DNA from: Candidatus Wolfebacteria bacterium GW2011_GWB1_47_1
GTDB taxonomy: Bacteria > Patescibacteriota > Minisyncoccia > UBA6257 > UBA9933
Length of the DNA stretch: 64,000 bases
Direction: 5' to 3'
Assembly: GCA_001029635.1 (NCBI GenBank)
Contig: CP011209.1
Coordinates: 16,983 to 80,982, forward strand
Positions 37,754-47,577 of the stretch are shown in pieces (position 1 is the first letter of the stretch; every line of letters begins with the position of its first letter). Under the pieces are notes generated by a model that made no database searches, was not told where the DNA came from, and saw only the letters and a program-made list of their open reading frames with translations. A program made the position numbers and the translations under genes.

Positions 37754-37856
37754 TTGACACGCGCAAACGCACTGCTATACTTTCTTTATAAGAAATAAAT
37801 CCTCTCGCGTTGGGATACCGTAAGGCGTCTCGTTAAAGCGAGGGGTTTTCTTTTTT
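37754..37856 (+). ncRNA. Putative promoter plus ~70-nt sRNA convergent on the DUF3800 gene
   Basis: TTGACA (37754), TGcTATACT (37773-37781), no ORF, stem CCTCTCGC/GCGAGGGG with an inner GTAA-loop hairpin, then a T-tract. Confidence 0.6.
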
Positions 37857-37857
37857 A

Positions 37858-38484
37858 TCAGGGGAATAACTGGTTCTCTTCGACAATGACGTCTTTTATT
37901 AGCTCATAATATCCGCGATCCTCCTGCTCATATTTTCTAAAGATCGCCCACGAAACAAAGTCTACGGCCTGCAAACATTTTTCCGTATGAGACGGCTTGA
38001 TCTGTATGTTGACCCCGTCTCTCCTTCGCTTGATGAAACTTTCTTGCAAATATTTTTCAAAATTATCGCGCAGCGCTCGTTTCGTGTCCTTTTGGTCGAT
38101 ATAGAGATGGATCGGTTCGGTTATGCCTATTAGGCCATTATTATGCAGCCTGTCTAATAAAATATTGGCAGTATAATTGTACAGATAATTTTTCTGACCC
38201 CGAAGATCCACATACACCTTATCCTTATTCAAAACGATACACAGCACTTTCAGGTCTTCTTTAGCCAACAACTTCAAAACTTTTTTTCTAGTAGCTTCAT
38301 CCGCATGATACGCGTGCAATTCACTGACTCTCTTATATTTCTTACTTAAACCTCTATGCACTTTCTTGATAACCTTTTCTATTCGACGATGATCTTCGGT
38401 CAAAACGATCGTAAAGATAAACCATTTACTAGACCCCTTCTTGAATCCCAAATCTCCGCTTTCATCCAAAAATATGTGCGCCAT
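37858..38484 (-). CDS. DUF3800 family protein (RNase H-like)
   Basis: IFLDESGDLG, ELH, YIDQ, SH..CLQAVDFVSWAIFRKYE. Confidence 0.88.
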   Translation of the reverse strand: MAHIFLDESGDLGFKKGSSKWFIFTIVLTEDHRRIEKVIKKVHRGLSKKYKRVSELHAYHADEATRKKVLKLLAKEDLKVLCIVLNKDKVYVDLRGQKNYLYNYTANILLDRLHNNGLIGITEPIHLYIDQKDTKRALRDNFEKYLQESFIKRRRDGVNIQIKPSHTEKCLQAVDFVSWAIFRKYEQEDRGYYELIKDVIVEENQLFP

Positions 38485-38721
38485 CCCGTAATTTTACCAA
38501 ATTCTTATCCGCTTATAAAATAACCCCCGGCCTCCGCGCTCCGCGTGCCACCACTAAAGCTTCAGCGACACGCGGCTAGCCATAGCCCTTGGTGATGTGC
38601 GACCGGGGGGGGTGATAAATAAAAAAATCCATTCACCAGCTGGCGGCACTCAAATAAAACAGCCCATCTCTGTGAATGGGCTGTTTTATTTATCTGACCT
38701 CTTATCTCTTACTACTTGCCT

Positions 38722-40494
38722 CTATTTGAGCTCCACTTTTACACGATCCGGATCGCTCGGCACTCGCTTTACCCAAATAGGCCAAAGGGAAACATCCGCC
38801 TTTTCGATGTTTGATGAGCTAAAGATATAGGATTTCAACTCATTTTCATCCTTTCCAAAGGCATTTTTTTTGAATTCTTCGACATTGATCGGCTTCCAAA
38901 AGACTCCTTTGAAGTCAATTGGCAGCGATATCATCCCCGTCTTCTCGTCCACGGTTATGTCCCCGTAGGAAAGCGTGTGTTCACGTATCACATACCCATC
39001 TCCATTAACCTGCCGAGCTAATGCGGTCATCAGCTTTAATACATGTTCTTCCTTGAGTGTATCAACCCCTCCCTCTGCTTCTATATATATCGAGAAATTC
39101 CCTTGCTCGTCGACTGATTCGTTCACCGTTTCCTTGCTAATCGAAAACCGTCGGCTACTTTCTATCACTTTAAACCCTTCAGGCACTACCTGCGTTGCCA
39201 AGAATGATTCGATTACTTCCTTCATTTGTTTCCGGGCATCTTCCTTTGCGGTCGCTATGTCTTTTTCCGTTGGATATTTCCCTTCTCCGACAAATCCCCC
39301 TGTCATCGGATTCTTTGATTCGGCATAAAACTTTTCGAATTTTTCCGACCCTGCGAATCCCGGAATGGTGAATTTATTCACCGGGCTTATGTTATACGAC
39401 TCTCCCGCCTTGTCGGCAACCACTTCTGCTTCGATACTAGCCGGAACCAACTCTCCTCCGTCTGTCTTGGCGCCCGGCACGACGATCCGCTCCTTAAGTC
39501 TAAAGATTTTACCATCGGGAGTTTCGAACCGGGTGCCTGCAATGAGCGGCTGAGAGCTACTGTTATATTCGTTGTATACGGTTATCTTACCCGTTGCCTT
39601 ACGTTCGATACTTTTCCCCGACCCTGTCGCCGGATAGTGGAATGCATTTGTCTTCTTCTCGGAAAATACCGCAACCGGTATCTGCTTCGCCGTCGGATCG
39701 ATATCCGCGATCTTCGTACTTGCCCCGATCACATTTGCATATGAATCAGATGCGGGCCAGGTGACCGTCTTAGGCACTAGCACTATTTCAGCGCGTGGCA
39801 ACACTACCACAACGAGGTACGCCCCAAGCCCTAGTAATATGGACACTACGCTCCATGTGAATATTCCTCCTTTCTTTACCTTTATAATTTCTTTTTTCTG
39901 AGAACGCTCCCTTTTTTCGATCCGCTCCAGTACTCGCTTCTCCTCGCGGGTCGGCTTTTCCTTTGGTATGTATGCGATCGGCCGGTCCATTTCCAATGAC
40001 GACACCTCGGGTATAGTCATTGGTCGCTCTTCCATTTTTACTTCCTGCGTCGGTCGATACGCCGTTTGCGGCAATGCGTCCAGACGTGGCTCCCTTTCAT
40101 ACATCGCAGATCGTTCTTGTGCTTGGGTTTCGATCACTCGGGGTGTTTCTTCCTTTACTACTGGCACATACCCTCTTTCCTCTTCCTGTCGCTGGGCACG
40201 CACATCCAGCTCGACTCGCTCCCGTACGGCTGCCGTTTTCATATCTCGCAGTATCGCCTCCCGCGCGACCTGCTGCGGAGAGGTCGCGTGCAAGGGTGTC
40301 GTTTCAACAACAACACTCTTTCGCATATCCTCTTTTGGAGCACTTACGATTTCTTCCCGATGCAGTTCCGGCTTTTTTTCTATCGTAAATTTCACCTGCT
40401 CCTCCTTCGCCTTCCATGATGTAGGTGCGGCCGCTGTCGGCTTTTTACGCACAATGTCCATCATTCTTATTTTTTTCATCGGTGTTTTATCCAT
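38722..40494 (-). CDS. Membrane-anchored protein with a baseplate J/gp47-like extracellular domain
   Basis: Charged disordered N-terminus, TM helix, KATGKITVYN..AGTRFETPDGKIFRL..VVADKAGESYNI..MTGG. Confidence 0.75.
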   Translation of the reverse strand: MDKTPMKKIRMMDIVRKKPTAAAPTSWKAKEEQVKFTIEKKPELHREEIVSAPKEDMRKSVVVETTPLHATSPQQVAREAILRDMKTAAVRERVELDVRAQRQEEERGYVPVVKEETPRVIETQAQERSAMYEREPRLDALPQTAYRPTQEVKMEERPMTIPEVSSLEMDRPIAYIPKEKPTREEKRVLERIEKRERSQKKEIIKVKKGGIFTWSVVSILLGLGAYLVVVVLPRAEIVLVPKTVTWPASDSYANVIGASTKIADIDPTAKQIPVAVFSEKKTNAFHYPATGSGKSIERKATGKITVYNEYNSSSQPLIAGTRFETPDGKIFRLKERIVVPGAKTDGGELVPASIEAEVVADKAGESYNISPVNKFTIPGFAGSEKFEKFYAESKNPMTGGFVGEGKYPTEKDIATAKEDARKQMKEVIESFLATQVVPEGFKVIESSRRFSISKETVNESVDEQGNFSIYIEAEGGVDTLKEEHVLKLMTALARQVNGDGYVIREHTLSYGDITVDEKTGMISLPIDFKGVFWKPINVEEFKKNAFGKDENELKSYIFSSSNIEKADVSLWPIWVKRVPSDPDRVKVELK

Positions 40495-40627
40495 GAGGTC
40501 GATATACTCCTTATACTTCATTTATCATAGCAAATTCTACATGAAATAAAAAATTTATATTTTTCGAATTCCTCCTGTCTGTCATTCTGCTTCGACAGAC
40601 CTTTTGTTTTCTATTACAATACAACAT

Positions 40628-42181
40628 ATGCAAACACGCAGAACCGTAATTCTTGTCATTATCGACGGGTGGGGTGTCGGACGATCCGATTTTTCCAATC
40701 CCATCCATACCGTCAATCCGCAAACGTTCGATTTTTTAAAGCATAACTTCCCCAATGGCACGCTCCAGGCATCGGGCATCTCAGTCGGTCTTCCCTGGGG
40801 AGAAGAGGGCAATAGCGAAGTCGGACATATGAACATGGGTGCCGGGAAAGTTGTCTACCAAAACTATCCAAAGATTACGCTTGCCCTTCGTAACGGCACG
40901 TTTTATACCAACGCCGTACTTAAAGAGTCGTTCGACCATGCCATCGCGAATAATTCATCCGTAAATATCATTGGACTCCTTGGTGAAGCGAATGTCCATG
41001 CGTCTTTTGAGCATCTTGATGCTCTCTTACGATATGCTGATCAGATCGCATTTCCTTCCGATCGCATCAATCTCCACCTTATCTCCGATGGTCGCGATAG
41101 CGACCCTCATTCCGTAATGAAGCTTATCGGTCGACTCCCCCATGTTGAACAACTTGCCAGCATTGGCGGTCGCTACTACGGCATGGATCGTGATAAACAC
41201 TGGGACCGAATCAAACCGGCCTACGACGTCATGACCGGCACATCCCCTTTGACGACTGATCTTTCATCATATGTCCAGCAATTTTATGACAAGAATCTCA
41301 ATGATGAATATATCGCGCCAACGCTAGTCGGAGCGACGGCACGCCCCATTCAAGACAATGACTCTGTCATCTTTTTCAATTTCCGTGAAGATCGCATGAA
41401 GCAAATTGTACGTTCTTTCACCGACCCCACCTTCAAGGAATTCCCCACAAAACAGTTTGCCAATATCCTATTCAGTTCCTTCATCGAATACGACCCGTCA
41501 TTCGCCATCCCCGTCATATTCCCTCCTGAAGAACTTGGTAATCCACTCGGCAAGGTTCTTGCTGATAATCACAGAACACAATGGCGTATTGCTGAAACGG
41601 AGAAGTACGCGCATATCACCTATTTCTTCAATGGGCTTCGAGAAAAACCATTTGACGCAGAATATCGTGTTCTCATTCCTTCAAAAAAAGAGTTCAACTA
41701 TGCCGAGCATCCCGAGATGCAGGCAGCCGAAGTGACGTCTCGTCTTGTGGAAGCGATTGAGGAAAAGGCATACGACTTCATCTTATGCAATTATGCCAAC
41801 GCTGACATCATCGCCCATACCGGTAATATGCAAGCATCTATTGAAGCAGTAAAAATCATTGATGCGTCCATCGACAAGGTGGTCAAAGCAGCACTCGACA
41901 CCGATTCGATTCTCATCATCACAGCAGATCATGGCAATGTGGAGCGTCTTGCTAACCCAATGACCGGCGAACCGGAAACAAAACATGATGCCAACCCCGT
42001 TCCGATCTATCTTGTCGCCAATGAATATAAGCGACCCCGGAGCGAAGAGGAGGTCAAATCATCTGAGCAATCCTCTATCGGTGTACTGGCGGATATCGCG
42101 CCCACTATCCTCGATCTCATGCATCTACCCAGACCCGAAGAGATGACGGCGCAAAGTTTGATCGATCTAATGGCAGACTAA
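40628..42181 (+). CDS. gpmI: 2,3-BPG-independent phosphoglycerate mutase
   Basis: IIDGWG, GNSEVGH, DGRD, GRYYGMDRD, AETEKYAH, TADHGN. Confidence 0.98.
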   Translation: MQTRRTVILVIIDGWGVGRSDFSNPIHTVNPQTFDFLKHNFPNGTLQASGISVGLPWGEEGNSEVGHMNMGAGKVVYQNYPKITLALRNGTFYTNAVLKESFDHAIANNSSVNIIGLLGEANVHASFEHLDALLRYADQIAFPSDRINLHLISDGRDSDPHSVMKLIGRLPHVEQLASIGGRYYGMDRDKHWDRIKPAYDVMTGTSPLTTDLSSYVQQFYDKNLNDEYIAPTLVGATARPIQDNDSVIFFNFREDRMKQIVRSFTDPTFKEFPTKQFANILFSSFIEYDPSFAIPVIFPPEELGNPLGKVLADNHRTQWRIAETEKYAHITYFFNGLREKPFDAEYRVLIPSKKEFNYAEHPEMQAAEVTSRLVEAIEEKAYDFILCNYANADIIAHTGNMQASIEAVKIIDASIDKVVKAALDTDSILIITADHGNVERLANPMTGEPETKHDANPVPIYLVANEYKRPRSEEEVKSSEQSSIGVLADIAPTILDLMHLPRPEEMTAQSLIDLMAD

Positions 42182-42273
42182 AAAACCACCCGCGATGCGG
42201 GTGGTTTTTTAGTCCTCCATAGAAATGATGTCTAACCCTAATTCTTTCAATTCTTCATCACACGTATTATTTT

Positions 42274-45237
42274 TTACTTCCACTCATCTACTTTGTAGAC
42301 ATATGTCTCTGTGTCTATGTCCGTATGGCTAATAGTCAGAATATCGTATCCGGTAGTATTTCGTATCAGTGCATAATACGCCCCAGACCCAGGCCAATAC
42401 CCTTCACGCACCTGTCCGGTCGTAGAAGAGTATACGGAGACTCGGTAAAACCTGTGGCTTTTCGAAGCAGCTTGAATATTAGCTATACCAGATACTTCCG
42501 ACCCACTATTTAAGGTGATAGATGATTCGGCAATAGTTACCCAAGTTTTACCCCCCAAGTTAGCAGCGGTTGTCTGTGTTGTCCCATCAGGGAATGTGAA
42601 TCCTCCACTCGAAGACCGAATCTGTCCCGCGACATCCAATTTATAGGACGGACTTGTATTCCCTATACCAACATTACCCGAGAAATACGTATTACCACTC
42701 GTTCCTCCCGAAATAGTCAGATATGCCGCATTATCGTTATGAATTCCTCCTCGTGCTTGAAGCGCTGCTGCCATATATACCGTCCCGCTGTTAAAGTAGG
42801 CGCCTCCCGGAGCAATAAAGTAGGAGGATGCGCTTATCGTCGGGTTTGCCACGTTGAAGGTAAGATTTCCTCCCAAGGTAATTGCCCCTGTATTGTATTG
42901 ATTTCCGCTATTATCCCAATACGACTGCCAGCTACCCGCTCCAGTAAGAAATCCAATTACATTGGAATTGGCGTGAATGGACTTTGCTCCCGACGTTGAT
43001 TCATCGTCGCGGAGATAGATGCGCGTCGACGCTAAAGGTCCAAATATGACATCCCCAACCACATCCAACTTCGCTCCTGGAGCTGATGTACCGATGCCGA
43101 CGTTGCCGGCGTTGTAATACGCAACTGTGCCACTTAATGAGAATGGCGACGCACCAGCAGGGCCGGTTGCTCCGGTAGGTCCTGCGGGGCCGGTCAAACC
43201 CGTCGCACCGGTAGCGCCCGTTGCACCAGTCGCGCCTGCGGGGCCGGCCGGCCAGCTCGCATAGCATGTTCCGCTAATACATAATGAAGATCCGTTAATC
43301 GAACCGTTTACATCAAGCTTGTATCCTGGAGTGGTCTTGCCGATACCGACGTTGCCGCCGTTAAAAAGAACACTTCCCGAGTTTGGAATATTGTTTGTTG
43401 CTGACGTATTGACGGATCCAATGACTGTTCCCCCTGCTCCACCGCAGGTGCCTGAAGCATTCCCTGTACAGATCGACCCGTATGAATAGATAGACGAACC
43501 CGCATTAAAGGTTGGTGCATTCACGCTTGCCCAATTCGAGCTTGATCCGCCATTGGCAACAATATTCCCGGCAGTCCAGATGCCGGTACCCAAGGCGGTC
43601 TGTGTAACGCCATTATTCATGACAAGGAGCTGATGATTGAGTCCCGCCTTTGATTGCGGGTTATTCCCAACCGAACCATAGTCGGGGTTGTATGACCAGC
43701 CAAGACCATACAATGTTCCATAGTTTGTCGTTCCACCTCCCGCAGGCAAAACATATGCGGGACCCATGGACCAAACTGCTTGCGTTTTGGTTGGATCGTA
43801 TGTGCCGATCGTACCGAGCCCTACATTACTAAAGGTTAGGTTACCACTCATTGTATCGCCCGTTTTGAGCACTTTAGTGTCATCGGCACTACTTGGCCAC
43901 GCAGTCTTATTAACGCCCCCCAGCGTAAGACCTCCCGTGCCGACGGTGATCGCAGGGCCTCCGCCTGCATTATTGAAATAGCCGGCAGGGCTTGTTGCGC
44001 TGTTGTTTTCTGCCTTGACGCCGCCACCGAACGTGGTGAGGCGATAGCTTACGTCGGGATTTGCCGTACCAATCCCAACATTGCCGGAAGTATTCGCAGT
44101 CAATAAATCTCCCGCAGAGGCATTCCACAAGCGAAATGTTACACCACTGGCATACCAAAGCCATGAAGATGAATCGTTCTTGAATCCGATCGCGGGGTAG
44201 TTATTCTTGAAGATACCGATACCTTGCGTTCCCGCCATTTGGGAAGTTGGATCTGTCGTACCGATACCGATATTGCCGCCATTCAAATAAGAGACGCCAC
44301 TCTGCGCCAAATGATACGCATTGGAATAGTTGGTCAATGCGCCATCTATGGCTGTTGTTTTATTCAAATAGAATGAGGGTCGATCGGTCTGGAAATGCGC
44401 ATAGCCTGCGTTCATCGCGCCAATATCAAGCACTCCGCTTCCGCTGTCGATGCGCAATGCGCCAGCCTGATCGCCTCGCACTGATCCGTTCACATGCAGC
44501 TTTACGGCAGGCGCGGATGTGCCGATGCCGACATTGCCCGTAACATACAGATTATTCGCAACACGTACGTGGTTGTCGCCATTGCCTACGGAAAGGATCT
44601 CCGTTGCGCCAGCGCGAGATGGATGGTCGTTATAAAAACGGGTTCCGCCATAGCTATAATATCCACCGATTTTAACACCGGTATGATAGCCAAAGATCAG
44701 ATCAGGATACGGGAACGCCCACGCGCCTCCCTCCTGATAGCCGAACTGATAGGCACGGTCGCCGGTGAGACCCGAATCAAATCCAACCCCGTTCGGGGTC
44801 ATAGTCCCACTCAGGGTTAGGTTACGCAATGCGGTAATATCATTGCCTGACATATTCAAGGCAGCGGTTGCGGTATGGTTGCCGAGATTGTCTCCACTCC
44901 CCCATGTTGTGCGATTCACACCTCCCAACGTAAGACCTCCCGTGCCGACGGTAATGGCAGGGCCTCCGCCTGCATTATTGAAATAGCCGGCAGGCTGGGT
45001 TGCGCTGTTGTTTTCTGCCTTAATACCGCCACCGCTGGTGGTGAGGCGATAGCTTGCATCAGGCGTTGCGGTGCCGATGCCGACATTGCCACCGGATACA
45101 TTTATCGCGTTAATACTGAGTGGCGGATTACTGGACGGGTTTGTCCAGGCAAATCCTTGTTGCGCAAATACAACGAGTCCGAAAGCAAAAATACTGCCGG
45201 TAATGAGCAATAAAAATTTATAGGGAGAAATCTTCAT
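42274..45237 (-). CDS. Large exported fibre/adhesin-like protein with GNVGIGT repeats, a collagen segment and tail-fibre-like modules
   Basis: Signal peptide, seven GN(V/I)GIG motifs, a Gly-X-Y run, an internal duplication. Confidence 0.8.
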   Translation of the reverse strand: MKISPYKFLLLITGSIFAFGLVVFAQQGFAWTNPSSNPPLSINAINVSGGNVGIGTATPDASYRLTTSGGGIKAENNSATQPAGYFNNAGGGPAITVGTGGLTLGGVNRTTWGSGDNLGNHTATAALNMSGNDITALRNLTLSGTMTPNGVGFDSGLTGDRAYQFGYQEGGAWAFPYPDLIFGYHTGVKIGGYYSYGGTRFYNDHPSRAGATEILSVGNGDNHVRVANNLYVTGNVGIGTSAPAVKLHVNGSVRGDQAGALRIDSGSGVLDIGAMNAGYAHFQTDRPSFYLNKTTAIDGALTNYSNAYHLAQSGVSYLNGGNIGIGTTDPTSQMAGTQGIGIFKNNYPAIGFKNDSSSWLWYASGVTFRLWNASAGDLLTANTSGNVGIGTANPDVSYRLTTFGGGVKAENNSATSPAGYFNNAGGGPAITVGTGGLTLGGVNKTAWPSSADDTKVLKTGDTMSGNLTFSNVGLGTIGTYDPTKTQAVWSMGPAYVLPAGGGTTNYGTLYGLGWSYNPDYGSVGNNPQSKAGLNHQLLVMNNGVTQTALGTGIWTAGNIVANGGSSSNWASVNAPTFNAGSSIYSYGSICTGNASGTCGGAGGTVIGSVNTSATNNIPNSGSVLFNGGNVGIGKTTPGYKLDVNGSINGSSLCISGTCYASWPAGPAGATGATGATGATGLTGPAGPTGATGPAGASPFSLSGTVAYYNAGNVGIGTSAPGAKLDVVGDVIFGPLASTRIYLRDDESTSGAKSIHANSNVIGFLTGAGSWQSYWDNSGNQYNTGAITLGGNLTFNVANPTISASSYFIAPGGAYFNSGTVYMAAALQARGGIHNDNAAYLTISGGTSGNTYFSGNVGIGNTSPSYKLDVAGQIRSSSGGFTFPDGTTQTTAANLGGKTWVTIAESSITLNSGSEVSGIANIQAASKSHRFYRVSVYSSTTGQVREGYWPGSGAYYALIRNTTGYDILTISHTDIDTETYVYKVDEWK
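43924..45055. repeat. Intragenic direct repeat (~127 bp; 43924-44050 and 44929-45055)
   Basis: Near-identical DNA encoding YRLTT.GGG.KAENNSAT.PAGYFNNAGGGPAITVGTGGLT. Confidence 0.9.
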
Positions 45238-45319
45238 TACTAATAAGTATATCATAAAAACAAATACACACTATGCCATACGCTAAAAAAATCGACCGAA
45301 GCCGATTTTTATCAAATAC

Positions 45320-45922
45320 TTATTGCACAGGGGCAGGAGGAGCAATCGCCGGCAATGTCTGCACGGTAATAGTAGCAGCAACGAATTCCTTCGCCTCCTT
45401 GACGTTTTGCGTCGCACCCACCAAAATCTGGTCGCCCTTCTGTATTCCAGAGACTAGTATCTTTTCCTGCAAAAACATCTGCGGAGGAATTATGGCGCCT
45501 GCAGCAGGGCCACCGATGGACTGCTGTATTTTTTTATTATATTCCTGAACCTCTTTTTGATACGCAATTGGATCCTTTTGCACCGCACGATAAATTATGG
45601 TGTTTGCATCAATTTTCACAATACGCATATCCAGTTCTGGATCAGCAAGTGGCTCAAGTGGTCGAATTTTCAAAACAACCTCGTTCGAGCGCACTTCTAT
45701 TACCTCACCGCCCATGTGTAAGACTTCAATAGCTGCGGGCACTGCGTATCCAGAATCGGCGAGGCGCTTCTTGGCGGCATCCCACCCCGCCTGATAGGTA
45801 TTTTCGCCGGTCAACAATGGCCCTGTTGGATCAAATGCAACAGACCCGATCCAAATACCAATAGCTAGCGTAATCACGATGACTCCTCCAATAATAATTA
45901 TTTTCTTTATTTGTTCATTCAT
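45320..45922 (-). CDS. Hypothetical membrane-anchored protein
   Basis: N-terminal TM helix and OB-fold-like beta segments. Confidence 0.7.
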   Translation of the reverse strand: MNEQIKKIIIIGGVIVITLAIGIWIGSVAFDPTGPLLTGENTYQAGWDAAKKRLADSGYAVPAAIEVLHMGGEVIEVRSNEVVLKIRPLEPLADPELDMRIVKIDANTIIYRAVQKDPIAYQKEVQEYNKKIQQSIGGPAAGAIIPPQMFLQEKILVSGIQKGDQILVGATQNVKEAKEFVAATITVQTLPAIAPPAPVQ

Positions 45923-46018
45923 TGATGTGTTGGGTTGTGTATTATTTACTTCTCTGCTCGCATATATATGCGGTAAGTATATCAAAAATAGCTGCGGAAG
46001 AATATGTAATTATATTCT

Positions 46019-46942
46019 TCATAATTCTTTTTTTGCCAACGCTTCAGAGATGTTTAGTACGGCTTTAATCGCCTCTCCGATAGCCGTATTAATCTGGTTG
46101 TATGAAGCGTCGGTAATATCCCCCGCAGCCCAAATGCCCTTGAGTGATGATTGGAATGTCGTCTTATCGACGATAATGTTTCCGTTCGGTGTAATATCGA
46201 CAAGATCACTAACAATACCCGAGTTGGGCTGCATACCAATAGCAACAAACACGCCCTCAACAGCAAGGTTCTTTTCTTCGTTAGTCGTGCGATCGACATA
46301 TGTCAATCCGCGCACAAATGTATCCCCAACGATTTCCTTCGTTTGCGCCTGCGTAACAATCGTTATTTTCGGGTCGCTGCGCAATAACTCTTGAGTAGTC
46401 ATGTCTCCCTTTAACATTGGAGCAAATTCCAGGATGGTAATGTGCGAAGCGAAGGGCAATAAGTCACGTGCCGCCTCAAGTCCGCTATTCCCTCCACCAA
46501 TGACCACAACGGCCTTATCCTGCATCAACGGTGCATCGCACGTCGCGCAGTAAAAAACACCCTTGCCGGAAAACGCACGTTCCCCGGGTATATTCAAATG
46601 TCTATAGATACTCCCTAATGTCACCAATATTGTTTTGGTATCATAGACCCGCCCTTTTGAATCAACAACTGAAAATCCTCCGTCAATCTTTGTTACACGC
46701 TCAACGGTTATGCCATCCGTGATTACGATGTGTTTCTGGGCACGAAGTTGGGTTTCAAGCACCTGAGCGAGTTCCAATCCGGAAATAGCGATGTGACCGA
46801 TAAAGTTTTCGATCTTTGCCGAAGTAATCGCCTGCCCGCCGAAATCCTTGGTCAGTAGCAATGCATTCAATTTTTTCCGGGATGCGTACACACCCGCTGC
46901 AACACCCGCAGGCCCACCCCCAATAATAATGAGATCATACAT
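46019..46942 (-). CDS. trxB: Thioredoxin reductase/AhpF-like FAD oxidoreductase
   Basis: GGGPAG, CATCD, GGGNSG, WAAGD. Confidence 0.88.
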   Translation of the reverse strand: MYDLIIIGGGPAGVAAGVYASRKKLNALLLTKDFGGQAITSAKIENFIGHIAISGLELAQVLETQLRAQKHIVITDGITVERVTKIDGGFSVVDSKGRVYDTKTILVTLGSIYRHLNIPGERAFSGKGVFYCATCDAPLMQDKAVVVIGGGNSGLEAARDLLPFASHITILEFAPMLKGDMTTQELLRSDPKITIVTQAQTKEIVGDTFVRGLTYVDRTTNEEKNLAVEGVFVAIGMQPNSGIVSDLVDITPNGNIIVDKTTFQSSLKGIWAAGDITDASYNQINTAIGEAIKAVLNISEALAKKEL

Positions 46943-46992
46943 GATATGCATAGTATAAATCTTTTCCTAAAAAAAATCCCTTTCGGGATTTT

Positions 46993-47220
46993 TTATTTTG
47001 CCAAGGCCTTATCTATTTCCTCACGATCGAATCCGATAATGATGGTTCCGTTCACATCAATGACAGGCACACCAAGCTGATGCGTCTTCTCGACCATCTC
47101 TTTTGCGGCATCATGATCGGTCTGTACGTTCTTTTCGACGAATTCGACACCCTGCTTTTCAAAATATTCCTTTGCCATTATGCAATAAGGACATGTGTTT
47201 GTAGAATAGATGATTACCAT
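46993..47220 (-). CDS. Glutaredoxin/NrdH-like redoxin
   Basis: YSTNTCPYC, GVPVI, IIGFD. Confidence 0.92.
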   Translation of the reverse strand: MVIIYSTNTCPYCIMAKEYFEKQGVEFVEKNVQTDHDAAKEMVEKTHQLGVPVIDVNGTIIIGFDREEIDKALAK

Positions 47221-47248
47221 AATTGTATTAAAAATATATACGCTCTGT

Positions 47249-47431
47249 TTATTTTTTAATTCCGCCCTCCAGACCTTTACCAAACAGGCCCCATAGTGTC
47301 AGAACAACGATACAGGCACCGGCGATAACATTACTCCATAATGCGAATGCGTAGCCCGAAAACCCAAGCACCCAAGGGGAGACAAATACCCAAACCCCGA
47401 GGATAAGCTTCGCCCAACTTAAATAGTTCAT
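47249..47431 (-). CDS. SPW-repeat small membrane protein
   Basis: LGVWVFVSPWVLGF..WSNVIAG. Confidence 0.85.
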   Translation of the reverse strand: MNYLSWAKLILGVWVFVSPWVLGFSGYAFALWSNVIAGACIVVLTLWGLFGKGLEGGIKK

Positions 47432-47577
47432 TTCTATAGTATACCCCGTTACAAAATTTAACGCTATATCGCGCATAGGTATAGTAAAAACATGCGCCAT
47501 ACTAGCAAGCAGGGCATACATTTTGTAACGAGGTACGCCGCAAAGAAAAACCACCGATCTGTGGTTTTTCAAATGAC

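Noticed and set aside
37691-38622. Poly-C (37699) and poly-G (38605) tracts as terminal inverted repeats of a DUF3800 transposon
   Set aside because: They are low complexity, the G tract pairs locally with CCCCCGG at 38524, and no transposase or target duplication is evident.
42274-45237. Internal duplication as a diversity-generating retroelement TR/VR pair
   Set aside because: Both copies are in-frame coding, the differences are not adenine-specific, and no reverse transcriptase is in the window.
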